A DNA stretch of 64,000 nt from Vicugna vicugna (lineage: Eukaryota). The DNA is taken from positions 374,001-438,000 of the forward strand of contig MU058037.1 of NCBI GenBank assembly GCA_013265495.1, read 5' to 3'. This document shows, one piece after another, positions 13,700 to 27,420 of the stretch (within the stretch, counting starts at the first letter, position 1; each line of letters starts with the position of its first letter). Position numbers and translations under genes: made by a program. The notes below the pieces were generated by a model. It saw only the letters and a program-made list of their open reading frames with translations, was not told the DNA's origin and searched no databases.

Positions 13700-15050
13700 T
13701 GGAGTTCTTGTTGGTTACATGTAAAAGGACAACATAAAAACATCTTTTTATTATAATAAAGGTGATGCTATTTTATAGAAATTTTAGAAAATAAAGATTA
13801 AAACCACCTATAATTGCATGATGTAGGAAACTATGACTATCATTGATGTGTGTCTGTGTGTGTCCAGTTCATCTGTTTCTTTCTACATGTAATTTTCTAA
13901 ACACAAAAGAAGTGATTTTATAAACTACTCTTCCTCATACTTTTAAATATTCTTCAAGGACATGATTTCTACTATTCCAAATCAGGAATAGATGTGCTGC
14001 AATGATAGGGAACGATAGTCCCTATCATTGGACTTTGAGGGGGTTTTTTTTCCCTAAAATTTAACTATTTTAAGCACCTCTATGGTAAATAGCCTTGTAT
14101 ATACATCTTAGTATGTATATATAATTATCTTCTTAGGGTGAATGTCTAGATTTGATTATGTTTAAGAGTGCAAGTCTCTTAAACATAAGCAAATTTTATA
14201 TATTATCTCAGCTGTCCCTCCAAGGAATATAATTTTACCAAATTATAATTTATTAATGTTTGTTCCCTGCATTGCTGTTTTGTATTAGATATTCCTTTTT
14301 TTTTCTAATTATAACCAAGTTTTCTAGAGAAAAAGTTCTATCACTGGTTTAATTTTTATTCATTTGATTATAAAGGAGGTAAGCACTTTTTTACAAGTTT
14401 ATTATTCATTTGTTTGTTTGGTGAATTGACTTTTACATTTCAGCCTATGTATCTATGTTGAGATTCATCTTTTATTTTTAGTTTTTAAAAATCTCTGTGT
14501 ATTAAATATAAAAACTATGAGTGTATTCTATATTTTAAATCATTTTTCTGGTGTTTCCTTTTTCTTTTATAGTATTTTTGGTATTTCAGGTTTACATTGT
14601 TAAACCTGTTAATATTTACCTTGAATTTTCTGTGGTTACTTCTATGTTTACAAGTTTTTCCACTTTGATATCAAATTTTATTCCTATATGAGCTTCAAGT
14701 TCTTTTACTTTTATGAAATGCAAGAATCTAGTGGGGACATTTTTAATAGTAGGAGTTTTATGGTTGATCAGTTATTCTGGTATGTATGTATATATGTATG
14801 GTGTATTTTTTAATTTTAAAAAGTTTGTTTTGAAACAGACTTTTCTGTCTTCACCAATTTAAAAATTCAACCTTTATTGTATACCAGTTTCTTATGCAAA
14901 TTTAGCTCTGGACAGTTCTCCAACGATTTATCAATTATACAGGATAAAATTGTTTAAACCATTATATTTTTATAATGTCTTTAAATACTTGATAATGCAA
15001 TTCCTCCTAATTAATTTGAATTTTTCAAAATTGTCTCTGCAGGAATGCAA
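13700..15050 (-). mobile_element. Very old L1M (L1ME-like) remnants
   Basis: T-rich sequence with recognisable reverse L1 phrases (tggttttaatttttattcatttgatta, tcagttattctggta). Confidence 0.5.
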
Positions 15051-15517
15051 ACAGTATGGTACAAATGTCAACATTATTGGTAGATAGCAAGAATTACAGA
15101 AGTTTTGAAATGGAGGAGAGCAGATGGGATCTTGGGGAAGATGTGGCACTTTGGCTAGACTTAGAATGTTGAATCTGATTTGACCTGGCAGAGAGGAGGG
15201 AGAAAGGGCATTACAAATGCCGGAAGCAGTGTGAATAATGGCACCTGGAATTGTGAACAAGCATTATATAATGGGTGTTGGAAAAGGCAGGGTGGAAGGG
15301 GTCTAATATTTGTTAAGTACCTACTGAATGTAAATCACCATGGTAAGTATTTTATAGGAATAACTGAGGTCAGCTGAATCCTCATACTTTGTCTCTGGTG
15401 TCAGTGCATGCTCAGTGTCCTTCCTTCTCTCTGTTCTAATTTGCACGCAGAACTCAATATTTATTTGAGTTTCTATAAAACAATTCACTCACAAATACTT
15501 TGTTGGTCAGTGTAAAC

Positions 15518-15730
15518 CATGGTTTCTTGGCCTCAATACTATAGACTTTTTGGGCTGCAAATTCCATTGTTGTAGAGTATTGTCCTGTGTATTACAGGAT
15601 GTTTATTCCTGACTTCTGCCCACTAGATGACAGTTGCAATCTTGCTGCCCAGGTGGGACAGCTAAAAATGTCTCCAGACATTGCCATATGTCCTTCAGGG
15701 GGCAAAATCAACTCTGATTGGCAATCACTG
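15518..15730. mobile_element. MER20 hAT-Charlie element, copy 1
   Basis: tgtcctgtgtattacaggatgttt...cccactagatg...aaaaatgtctccagacattgccatatgtcc...gggggcaaaatca...cactg. Confidence 0.8.
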
Positions 15731-15892
15731 ATATAGATTATACCAAAGACAATGCAAGTTGATGGAGAGTTTTATATTGAACAGTGTACAAAAATATATA
15801 TATATATCCTTTTATTGTTTTCCTCGTTGAGCTCCCTTTTTGGTTTCTCTGCAATTGAGTTTTGAAGGGGGTATGTTTCACTTAATCTGTTG

Positions 15893-16090
15893 CAAGGTTT
15901 CTTAACTATGGCACTACTGACATTTTGGCCACATAATTCTTTGTTTTGGGGGGTGTCCTGTGCATTGTGTGATGTTTTAACAGCACCACTGCGCTCTACT
16001 CAACAGATGCCAATACCCCTCCCCCTGAGTTAATGGCAACCAAATCTGTCTCCAGATACTGGCATAATTGGCCTTTGTGGAGAACCACTG
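15893..16090. mobile_element. MER20 element, copy 2
   Basis: ggcactactgacattttggcc...tgtcctgtgcattgt...tgtctccagatactggca...gagaaccactg. Confidence 0.8.
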
Positions 16091-16250
16091 ATGCAGACTA
16101 TACCAAGGCTAGGAAAGCTGTAGGGTTATATTCTGCACAACCCACATGATACAATTTTAAAATCCTTTATTTTTTCCTCTGAAGTTCTTTCTTGGTAACT
16201 ATGAGATTGGTTTTTGTTGTTTTGCTTTGTTTTGTTTTGCTTATGTCTCT

Positions 16251-16488
16251 CAGGGATTCTCCATCTCGGCACTACTGATGTTTTGGGCCAAATAATTCTT
16301 TGTTGTGTGGGGCTATCCTATAGGTTGTAGGGGGTTTAGCAGCATCCCTGGCCTCTACCCACTAGGTGCCAGCAGCACCCAGCACCAGCCCATACCCCTA
16401 GTAGTTGAAACAACCAATAGTCTCTTCACATATAGTTAAATGTGTCTTGGAGGGAATGGACAAAAGTGCCCCTGGTCGAGAACCACTA
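16251..16488. mobile_element. MER20 element, copy 3
   Basis: ctcggcactactgatgttttgggccaaataattctttgttgtg...tttagcagcatccctggcctctacccactaggtgccagcagcaccc...gagaaccact. Confidence 0.8.
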
Positions 16489-16939
16489 TTCTATTTCTGT
16501 TTACCTTCCCTCATACAGTAGCTCTTCTTTTCAGCCTTTTCTTTAAGACGAAATGTCTATTTCTTTCCTCTTCTTACTCACTGAGTGATAACTTTTTGTT
16601 ATTGTTACTCGAATATGATTGAGGAACCTCACTTTCTCTCTCAAGTGGTTTGTTATATTTTTCTCTAACAAATACAGCATTGCCCCTAAGAGTAATTCTG
16701 GCAAATAACATATACTCCAACTTGCTAAACATTTGTTATTTCTCCTCCAAGTGAACAGGAACAGGCCATTTGAGCTTCTATCCCGGGTTCTGCTATAAAT
16801 TGCTTTTGCATTAGAGTAAATTGGCACATACTTCTCTGTTTCACTAAATCTGAACATGTAGGCGACCTCAAGACAAGCGTATTGTCCTGCACATAGTAAC
16901 TATATTGACATGAAAAGAATGTAAATATTGCAAACAGGC

Positions 16940-17135
16940 ACTTGTGGGTTAAAATATCACATTATTCCTCTTTAACCAGATTTAGTCACCTTAGGCAAGT
17001 TAGCTCCTCTGACATTGTTTCACATTGTACAAAACAGGGGTAAGATAACCTAAATGGATTTTAAATAAAGATTACAGATTGTAAAATAAAGCACCTGGTA
17101 TATATCGGGCACTCAAAAATGTTAACCATTGTTCT
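16940..17135. mobile_element. MIR SINE remnant
   Basis: accttaggcaagttagctcctctg...taaagcacctggtatatatcgggcactcaaaaatgtta. Confidence 0.6.
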
Positions 17136-18333
17136 TAATTTTATTAAGAGATATGGAGGCCTTTATAAAGAGCTTTTAAAGGCAGACTTTAAATTTCAAA
17201 CACCTATACATAGAATGTTTACCTCTTTATTTCACGTAATTTCTGACTTTTTGTTGTGATTATAGCTGAGGCATGTTGAGAAAAAAGATTGCTGCATTAT
17301 TGATTTTTTATTTGCCAGAAATTTTAAGGCTTGACTAATTCTAATGTTCTCATAAACACTTAATTTTAAAATTCAGCATCATTGTGAGGATGTCTTCTTG
17401 CAATAAGAGAAGATGTATATTGCTTCTAAATAAAATGTAAGAGAGAAAATTATAAAATTAGGAATTTTACTAAAATTGGTTTCTCTGGCAAAGATGTCAT
17501 TTGGTTTTTTTAGTGTTTTTCCCAGTATATAAGAGAGATTTTTAGTTCACATTAATCTTTCTTGTGGTGTGTATAAGTGGTTTTGACCTTTTCAAGACAA
17601 ATTGAAAAATAAGATGAAAAGAAATTAAAGACAACCTGTGAATCACATTTCAAAAAATCAATGAAAATACAGAATGCAGTATTCTGGTCATTAAAAGGGG
17701 TTTCATTGTTCAATTTGTTACACAAGAATGTGATTTTCCTCTAGATTAGAAAGTAAAGTGTCAATATAAGGCTGAGGTACACAGCCTGTTATAATATCAT
17801 ACAATTTATTGGTGTAGGAGACTTCAAAATTATTTAATATAACCATCCCAATTTATTAGTGAAAAAAGTGAGGTATAGAGAAGGCAAGTGACCTCCCCAG
17901 AATTTTAAACCATTTGTTAGTGACAGAGTTCCTTTGAGGATCTGATTCCCAGTGAGTCAGATCTGCTGTATTAGTCACACTTATCTGAAAAAATAGAACT
18001 GTGGAATCTTCTCGAAGGTTTAGCATTTATTTTCTAATGAATTTTACAAATTAGGAAATAATAGTGGAGATATTTTCAGGGATTGTTGTGTTACCAACCA
18101 CTGAGGGAAAATAAAGTATTTTGACTGGGATAAGCTTGATAAGAACTATGTTTCAGTTCAATACAAATATGTTAAAGCAAGTAAAAACACCATTGTTGTC
18201 TTCTACCAGGTCTTTCAGAGAAGACACAGATGGACATGGCAAGCTGTAAAAAAGAAAGCAGACTTTAACAGACGCATAACATTTAAGTTTTACTCAGACA
18301 ATCTCTCATTCTCATTTTCAAAACACTTCGGAT

Positions 18334-18339
18334 TTTATT
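18334..18339 (-). terminator. Candidate DDX53 polyadenylation signal AATAAA
   Basis: TTTATT on the + strand about 140 nt past the stop codon, with GT/T-rich sequence downstream on the minus strand. Further candidates lie at 18026-18031, 17852-17857 and 17805-17810. Confidence 0.55.
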
Positions 18340-18480
18340 GAAGAACATATATTGAAAGCTTAGTGGTGTTATTTAAGAACTGGTCAAATATCTTCAAACT
18401 GCTGGTATGTTTCTCATACTGCATAACTTTAACATATCTTGAATTTTCTAGTAGCCTGGTACAAGTTTTCAGTGCAAACA

Positions 18481-20424
<1,944 letters not shown>

Positions 20425-20521
20425 CTACCACAAGTTGGGAAAAAATGTGGCCTCAGGAATTTGTCTTGTCAGGTCAGGCTCTCCCTGAACAGACAGGCTG
20501 CCAGGAGGAAGCTACCCAGCT

Positions 20522-20585
20522 GTTACTAGGAAATTATTCTTTGACGTAGTTTTGGGGAGGGACTTTGATGGGCCTGACCAATCAC
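20522..20585. promoter_or_regulatory. Putative DDX53 proximal promoter motif cluster (RFX X-box-like, CRE-like, GC-box-like, CCAAT)
   Basis: GTTACTAGGAAAT 20522-20534, TGACGT 20542-20547, GGGGAGGG 20554-20561 and GACCAATCA (CCAAT 20578-20582) lie within 65 bp, about 130-200 bp upstream of the ATG. Confidence 0.55.
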
Positions 20586-21184
20586 AGATCTGGGACTTGG
20601 GTGAGGTAAGCAGGCACCTCTGACACATAATTTAAAGTGACACTCACTCTCAGGGGCTGACCCTGTTGGCATTTAAAGGGGCATGAGACTGCTCAGCTTT
20701 TGTGTCCTAGGTGCCTTTATCAGTGGCCTTATGCTGGTTCTGGCTCAGTGTGGGAGGAGACTTGAAGCACGCCTTGAACTTATCCACATAGTTTTTTCTT
20801 TTTTCAATAAGCAAGTTATTTCCATGGGAGGAAAAAAACAGTGAATTAAAAAAAAATCAACTTACTTGTTTATATGTTTGTATGTTCATTTCGGTGAATT
20901 GTTTTTTGAGTAACAACAATCCAGGGTCCAGCTAAATTCATCCTTTCCCTGTCCTCTACTGTAACTTAAATTAAACCATCGGAAGTCTCTTAGGTGCACG
21001 CTTATGGATGGCATTTTGCCTCTGATTCTTCAGTTAAACTCCAGCATTTGTTCAGGCAGTTTCTAGTTATTTCAGGGATCCTGGTTAGAAGAGAGGTAGA
21101 GTGTGTACTACACTAACTTTGGAGGTGTTTTCAATAATTTGACATTTTTCTCAGAGCCTCTTAATTTTTTTCCTTCCCTGTAGT

Positions 21185-21870
21185 TTCATAGGTTCAGAAA
21201 TCTTAGCCCTGGAAGGCTATGTAAAAGTCACTTATTAGGTGCAAAGTAGAGGGCACCCTGGCAGCAATCTGGGCAGGTGGATATCCAGCTTCTATTTAAA
21301 CAGTCCCAGAGGCAAGGAGCTCACTTTGCTTCAAGGATCTCCATCCCATTATGAGGCAGTTTAATGATTACAAAGGTAGTTTTGAACTAAAATGTTCCAC
21401 TTCTTGCTTTCTTAGGTCCTTTTTCTGACTTCTAAAGTTACACAGAATCAGTTTGATTTCCCTTGTATCCTTATGTACATCAAATCTCCTTAAGTTTTCT
21501 GTTCATCAGAGTAAAATTTCTAGTTTTTTCCCCCAACATTTCTAGAAATGACATAGTTTCCAAGATGCGTATTATCTTGTTCCTTCTTCTTTGGAAATGA
21601 TTCACTGTGGCACATAAAACTAAACAAATTCTGCAGAAATTGTCTTACCTTTACTATTCAGTTCTCTTCACTGAGCATGACAGTTCAACTAATTCTGCCT
21701 ACGATCTCAACACAAAGCTGCTCACAGGCACATGATGGACATTTAAGTCCACTCTTCCTCATCTTGTACTTAGATGGTTGATTTTTGTTTTTTTCTTTGT
21801 TTAACTAAAAATACACTAAATATTTATCCTTTTGTATCCCTCCTATTAAGTTTGGTCAATTGAAGCAGCA
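21185..21870 (-). mobile_element. L3/CR1 LINE remnant
   Basis: atatccagcttctatttaaacagtccc...ggagctcactttgcttcaagg...cccatt resembles reverse L3. Confidence 0.5.
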
Positions 21871-21882
21871 TATTAAATACAC

Positions 21883-22013
21883 TTTTTTTGTTTTGAGGGG
21901 GCTTGGGGGAGGAGATACTTAGATTTTTATTTTTAGTGGAAGTATTGGTGATTGAACCCAGGACCTTGTGCAGGCTAGGCACACACTCTACCACTGAACT
22001 TTACCCTCACCCC
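21883..22013 (-). mobile_element. Camelid tRNA-derived SINE (vic-1 type)
   Basis: The minus strand reads GGGGTGAGGGTAAAGTTCAGTGGTAGAGTGTGTGCCTAGCCTGCACAAGGTCCTGGGTTCAATCACCAATACTTCCA with Pol III A/B boxes, then an AT-rich linker, C-rich block and A tail. Confidence 0.8.
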
Positions 22014-22404
22014 TAATTTTAATGCTACTTCTCTCCATCATATTACCATCTAGTTGCAAGTCCCCTGCCAATTAAATGTTTGTGGCATCTCTCTTCAGCC
22101 AAAGTTGCTGATTAAAAATGGAACGTGGTCAGATATATCGGGTAGAAGTCTGTGACACATTGGGAAAAACCTTCTCTATGTCAGTATTTACTCTGCAAAG
22201 ATGCTTTTTGAAGGAAAAAAGAAAGGTTGCTGGCAAAATATATTTGGGAAATAATAGCACCCTGTATCCTCTCAGAGTCACAATGTGTACTGGTATCTCA
22301 GAAGCTCTGATAATTAGAGGAATTAAGAAACTAAGCTGGGCATTGTTTAACCCAAAGTTTCCAAAGGAATTTGCCAGTGGAATCTGTTCTCAGTATTTTC
22401 ATTA

Positions 22405-22790
22405 AATTTTTTATATGGGATAACTTTAGATATATAGAAAGATTACACAAGTAGTACAATGGGTTTCCATATACTCTTCAACCAGTTTCAGGTTCCTCTA
22501 ATCTTATCTCACAGTACCATGGTATACTTGTCAAATATAAGAAATCAACATTGGTGTGTTAAGATTAACCAAACTCCAGATTTTATACCATTCATTTTGC
22601 ATTAATATGTTTTTTCTGTTCCAGTATCCACTCTAGGATTCCACATTGCATTTAGCTGTTATGTATGATGTATGATAGTCTCTCAGTCTTTCTTTATTTT
22701 TAATAACCTTGCCAGTTTTGAGGAATAATTGTCAGGTATTTTGTAGAATGTCCTTCAAATTGGATATGCCTGATAACCTTTCTCATGAAG
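22405..22790 (-). mobile_element. L1MB/L1MC-type 3' end
   Basis: ctaggattccacattgcatttagctgt...tcaggtattttgtagaatgtcc. Confidence 0.65.
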
Positions 22791-22809
22791 CATACAATCT
22801 TGGGACCAC

Positions 22810-23385
22810 TTAACAGGGAAATTGGAGGGGGAGTCATCTGTAGGGCAAGAAGAAGAGTTTGGTTTCAGACATGTCCAGTGTGTGGTGTTGTCAGGACATA
22901 CAAGTGGAAATGCTAAGGAGAACTGGAGATCTGGGACTGTAGTTCAGATGAGAAGACAGGAGGAAAGATACGAGAATAGTCAGCATAGAAGTTATAGTTG
23001 AAACTCAGAGAATGAATATTCTTCCCAAGAAATTGAGAGTAATGAAAGACATATTTATGAATATCTTCAGGAATCAAGAGGATTCATATGATTAGATAAT
23101 GAGAATAGGAAGATAGGGAGCCAAGTGTAGAAAGAAGAAAAACTCAAGAGAATCAGAAGAAAGCGCTATAATAGGAGATAAGGCAAGAGAAAATGAGAAG
23201 GCCTGGTAAACAGTATAAAATGCCTCATGAAGAACAGACGGTAAACAGACTACAGAATTTGGGAGAAGGAAATTATCTGTGACTTTCAAGAAGGCTCTTC
23301 TTGTGCAGTGATAGAGGAACACATACTGCAAAGGAAGTGATTGGGATGAGAGACAACTGGACTACTAGGGAACTTTGCAGTGTTG
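22810..23385 (-). mobile_element. LINE-2 fragment
   Basis: gagtttggtttcagacatgt...gacatacaagtggaaatgc...gtcagcatagaagttatagttgaaac. Confidence 0.6.
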
Positions 23386-24269
23386 GGGGAAGAACTTTAC
23401 ATCTTGGACTGATAGCTGAAAGGCACTGTCTTGATTTTTAAATAAAGCTTCAAGAAACCATGATTAATGGGCAAGTTACTGGGATTGTTCTGTGAATGAT
23501 CCAGTGGATTCTGGGAAGATTGCTTATCATGAATATTGGAAGAAAATGAACTTTAATAGTCTTTCAAAATATGTGGGAGGATAGGGTGAGGGAGAGAATC
23601 ACAAGGAAACAAGAACCACTCATTAGCTGTTTCAGAAAAGGAAAGTCTTTCTAAAAGGAGAGAGAGGGAGTACTGGGAGTTCTTTCCAGGAGATTACACG
23701 GCTATTTTTAGCTACCCATTAAACCTCTCTCTATCAAATTTAGTTTACTCTCCACAGAGTGGGGGGATGCATTATTTAGGCGTATGAAGAAGTGAGGCTA
23801 TTGAGGTAATTAATTCTCCTTTCAGCACAAACAGTAAAAAAGAAATATTGTAAGCTGATTAGCACCTGCAATAAGCTCCTTTGGAGAAGTTCTTGCTTAC
23901 CAACTATTTCCTATGAAAATTTTAACATATTGGCATTCATTTAAAAAATAATAGCCTTCAATTATCCCTTGGCTCCATTTTGAGGCATTTGAAGGACTGT
24001 TTCATTTCTGAAAGCTGTGGTGTAGGTAAGTGGAAAGAACAACCATATTATCTACATCGTTTGCATTGTATACAGAAGCTAAATCCTTAGAATCATGGAT
24101 TTTAGAGGAGGAAAGGACTAACTTTGGAGAGCATCTCTTACAACCTTCTCATTTGCAAGTAAGAAAACTAAGATTTACAACAGCTCTGTCCAATGGAAAT
24201 GTGGTATACGTCAAAGATACAATTTTACGTTTTCTAGTGGCCACATTATTAAAAAAAAAAAGTAAAAAG

Positions 24270-27250
24270 AGAGACTTCTGATTCTGGACAAGGCAGTGGA
24301 GGCACATTTCTCCCTACTCCTCCTCTTTATTTATTTCATATATAAAGCAAACAATAAGGCTCAGAAATCTGGAGAGAGGAAAGCAGACCAACTAAAGAAT
24401 GACTTGAGGAATGACAAAATGGTGAGTTTCCTGGGTTTTCTTTTTGCCTCCCTTATATCCTGGACTGAGTGGTGGAGAAGCCTACAACCGAGAAACACCC
24501 ACAGGCATAGCCAAAAAATTTCCCAAGAAAAACTTGTTGTTTTTGTTTTTTTTTAAGCCAAAGGACCAGGAAAGAAGCAGCCTAACAAGAAAGAAATATT
24601 TTTAATAGTAACTGCCTTGCTCCTACATCACAGAAAAAGCAAAAACACGGTGTACCTTCCTTGACCCCACCAACAAAGGCCAAGCATGAATCCTAGATTT
24701 CCATCCTCGTCTGTTGGTAGTGAGATACACTACCTCTCCCCACTAGCATGGTATGTAAGGAGGCCAAGTCTCCAAGTCTGTGTTTTAAACACTGCTGAGA
24801 GATAATGAGATGCCTTCTTTATCCCCATTCTCATCATGTCAGTAGAAACCATACGGGGACCCTGGACTGCCACCCTCACCTAGCAGTTATGAGGCAGGGC
24901 TCAACTTCCCACACCAGCATGGTGTCAGTGGAGGCCTGCTAAAATAAAAGATTCAAATAATATCTTAAATCTCATAATATACAAAATGTCTAAGACAGAA
25001 TTAAAAATTACTCATCATATCAAGAACCAGAAAAATCTCAACTTGAATTAGGAAAAAAAAAACATTAATGCCAACACTGAGGAGAAACAGACATTGAAAT
25101 TATCTGAAAAGAATTTAAAGGCAACCATTATTTGAAGGGGAAAAAAAGCTTCAGTGAACAATTACGAAGACACTTGAAACAAATGAGAAAAAAGTCTTAA
25201 CAAGAAGTGGAAGATACAAAGAACCAGACAAATTTTAGAGTTGAAAAATACAGTAATCAGAATAAAATTCCAACATTGGCTCAATAAAGGAAGATATATG
25301 ATAGAGGAATGAAGCAATGGACTTGAAGATACAACATACAAATTACCCAATCTTAATAACCTAGAGAGAAATGGACTGAAAAAAATTAACAGAGACTCAC
25401 AGACCTGTAGACAGTAATAAAAGTTCTAATATTCATGTCATTGGAATTCTAGAAAATGGGTAGGAACATGTATTTGACAAAATAAGAATAGAAAATTTCC
25501 CAATTTTATGAAAGGTTGAAACCTACAGATTAAAGAAAATTAGGAAACCCCAAACACAAAAACCCCAAGGGAATCCGTGCCATTACACATCATAATCAAA
25601 CTTCTATAATCTAAAGACAATGAAAAACTCTTAAAAGCAGATAAAGAGAAATGGCACACTGACTATACGGGAACACCAGTTCAAATGATAGCAGATTTCC
25701 CATGAGAAACCATGGAGGCCAGAAGAAAGGAGCATAATATTTTTCAAATGCTGAAAAAAGGAGTGATGATCCCGGAATACCATATTCAGAGAAGATACCT
25801 TCAGAAATGAAGAGAAGGTTAAGATATTCTCAAATAAAGGATAACTAAGAAAATTTGTTGTCAACAGACTTAATCTAAAATAATGGCTAAAGCACATTCT
25901 CTAAATGAAAAGAGAAGGATAAAAGAAGGAACTTTGGAATATCAGGAAGGAGGGAAGAAAACAATAAGCAAAAACATGGGTAAATACAATAGAGTATCCT
26001 TGTCTTCTTGAGTTTTCTAAATTATCTTTGACAATGGAACCAAAAGTTTAACAATGTCTAATGTGGTATTAAATATGTACAGAGGAAATAGTTGAAACAA
26101 TTCTAATTGGAGAGAGCAAGGGAACATACAAAGAGGTAAGGCTTCTACACTTCATCAAACAAAAATAATACCAGTTGACTATGATTAATTATGGATAAAT
26201 AAAACAATACCTGGAGCAACCGCTAAACAGCTATACACACTCAAAAGCACTACCAATAACTGTATACAAAAGTCCAAATATAATGTACATATGAAACTTA
26301 TGTAATACAAACCAATGTTACCTCAGTAAATTAAAAAACACTGAAGATAAATTAAAATGGAATTCTGAAAGAGTTTTCAACTAACCACAGGAAATACACA
26401 CCCGGAAACGTGCTCAAAATAATTTGTCATAAGGGTAATAGAAATCAAATCCACAATGAGATAATGAGATACCACTCCACCCCAATCAGGGTGGCTATAA
26501 TAAAAAAGGTAGACAATAACAAGTGTTGGTAAGGACGTGAAGGGGAAATTTGAATCCTCAGACATTATCAATGGGAAAGTAAAAGGGTTCAGTCACTTTG
26601 GAAAACATTTTTATAGTTTTTCAAAATGTTTAACATAAAGTTACCTTAAAAATAAATAAGTAAAGTTACCATATGCCCAGCAATTCCACTCTTAGGTATC
26701 TACCCAAATGAAATGAAAACGTGTTCACACGTAAATGTGTACATAGATGTAAATAGCAGCATTATTCTTGGTAATCAAAAGGTGAAAATAACCCAAATAT
26801 TCATCAGCTGATGAACTGATAAACAAAATGTGTTATATTCATATAGTGGAATACTGTGAAGAAATAAAAAGGAATGAGGTACTGATAAATGCTGTAATGT
26901 ACATGATCCTTGAAAACTTCATGTGAAGTGAAAGAAGCCAGTCACAAAAGGCCATTTATTGTATTATCCCATTTATATGAAATGTCCAGAATAGAGACAT
27001 ACATACAGAGAAAGTAGATTAGTGGTTTCCTAGAGCTGAAGACATGGCAGGAGGTGAGGTGGACTTGGGAGTGAGGTGGGATGGATAATGGGTAGTGACT
27101 GCTGCAGAGTTTCTTTTTGATAATGAAATATTCTAAAATTAAGTTGTGGTGATTGTTTTGAAATTCTGCAAATATACTAAAAAACATTGAATTGTTCACT
27201 TTAAATGCACAGATTGCATGGTATGGACTTGTATCTCAATAAATTATTAA
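24270..27250 (+). mobile_element. Composite old L1: 5'/ORF1-like region (~24270-26380) followed by an L1MB-type ORF2 end and 3' UTR (~26400-27250)
   Basis: ORF1-like phrases (cacatcataatcaaactt, gcagatttcccatgagaaaccatggaggccagaag) are followed by gacaataacaagtgttggtaaggacgtg, cccagcaattccactcttagg and tatctcaataaa. Confidence 0.75.
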
Positions 27251-27289
27251 ATAATACACAGAATGACATGACCTTTAGGTTTATAAGCA

Positions 27290-27420
27290 CTTTGTCCCTT
27301 TTCTTATGTATTATTTAATTGCATCATCTAATTTTCCCCTCTAAAAGCAGTACAGTTTACAAGTGAGAAAACTGAGGCACAAAGGTTTTGTCATTTTTCC
27401 AAGGTCGCACAGCTAATTCC
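27290..27420. mobile_element. MIR SINE remnant
   Basis: ttacaagtgagaaaactgaggcacaaag...ccaaggtcgcacagcta. Confidence 0.65.

Noticed and set aside
14019..14030. tetO-like half site TCCCTATCA
   Set aside because: Only a partial match, embedded in native L1 remnant sequence with no vector context; coincidental.
15518..16488. Repeat-spacer-repeat pattern as a CRISPR-like array
   Set aside because: The units are ~200-bp diverged MER20 transposons in mammalian DNA; there are no short identical repeats or cas genes.
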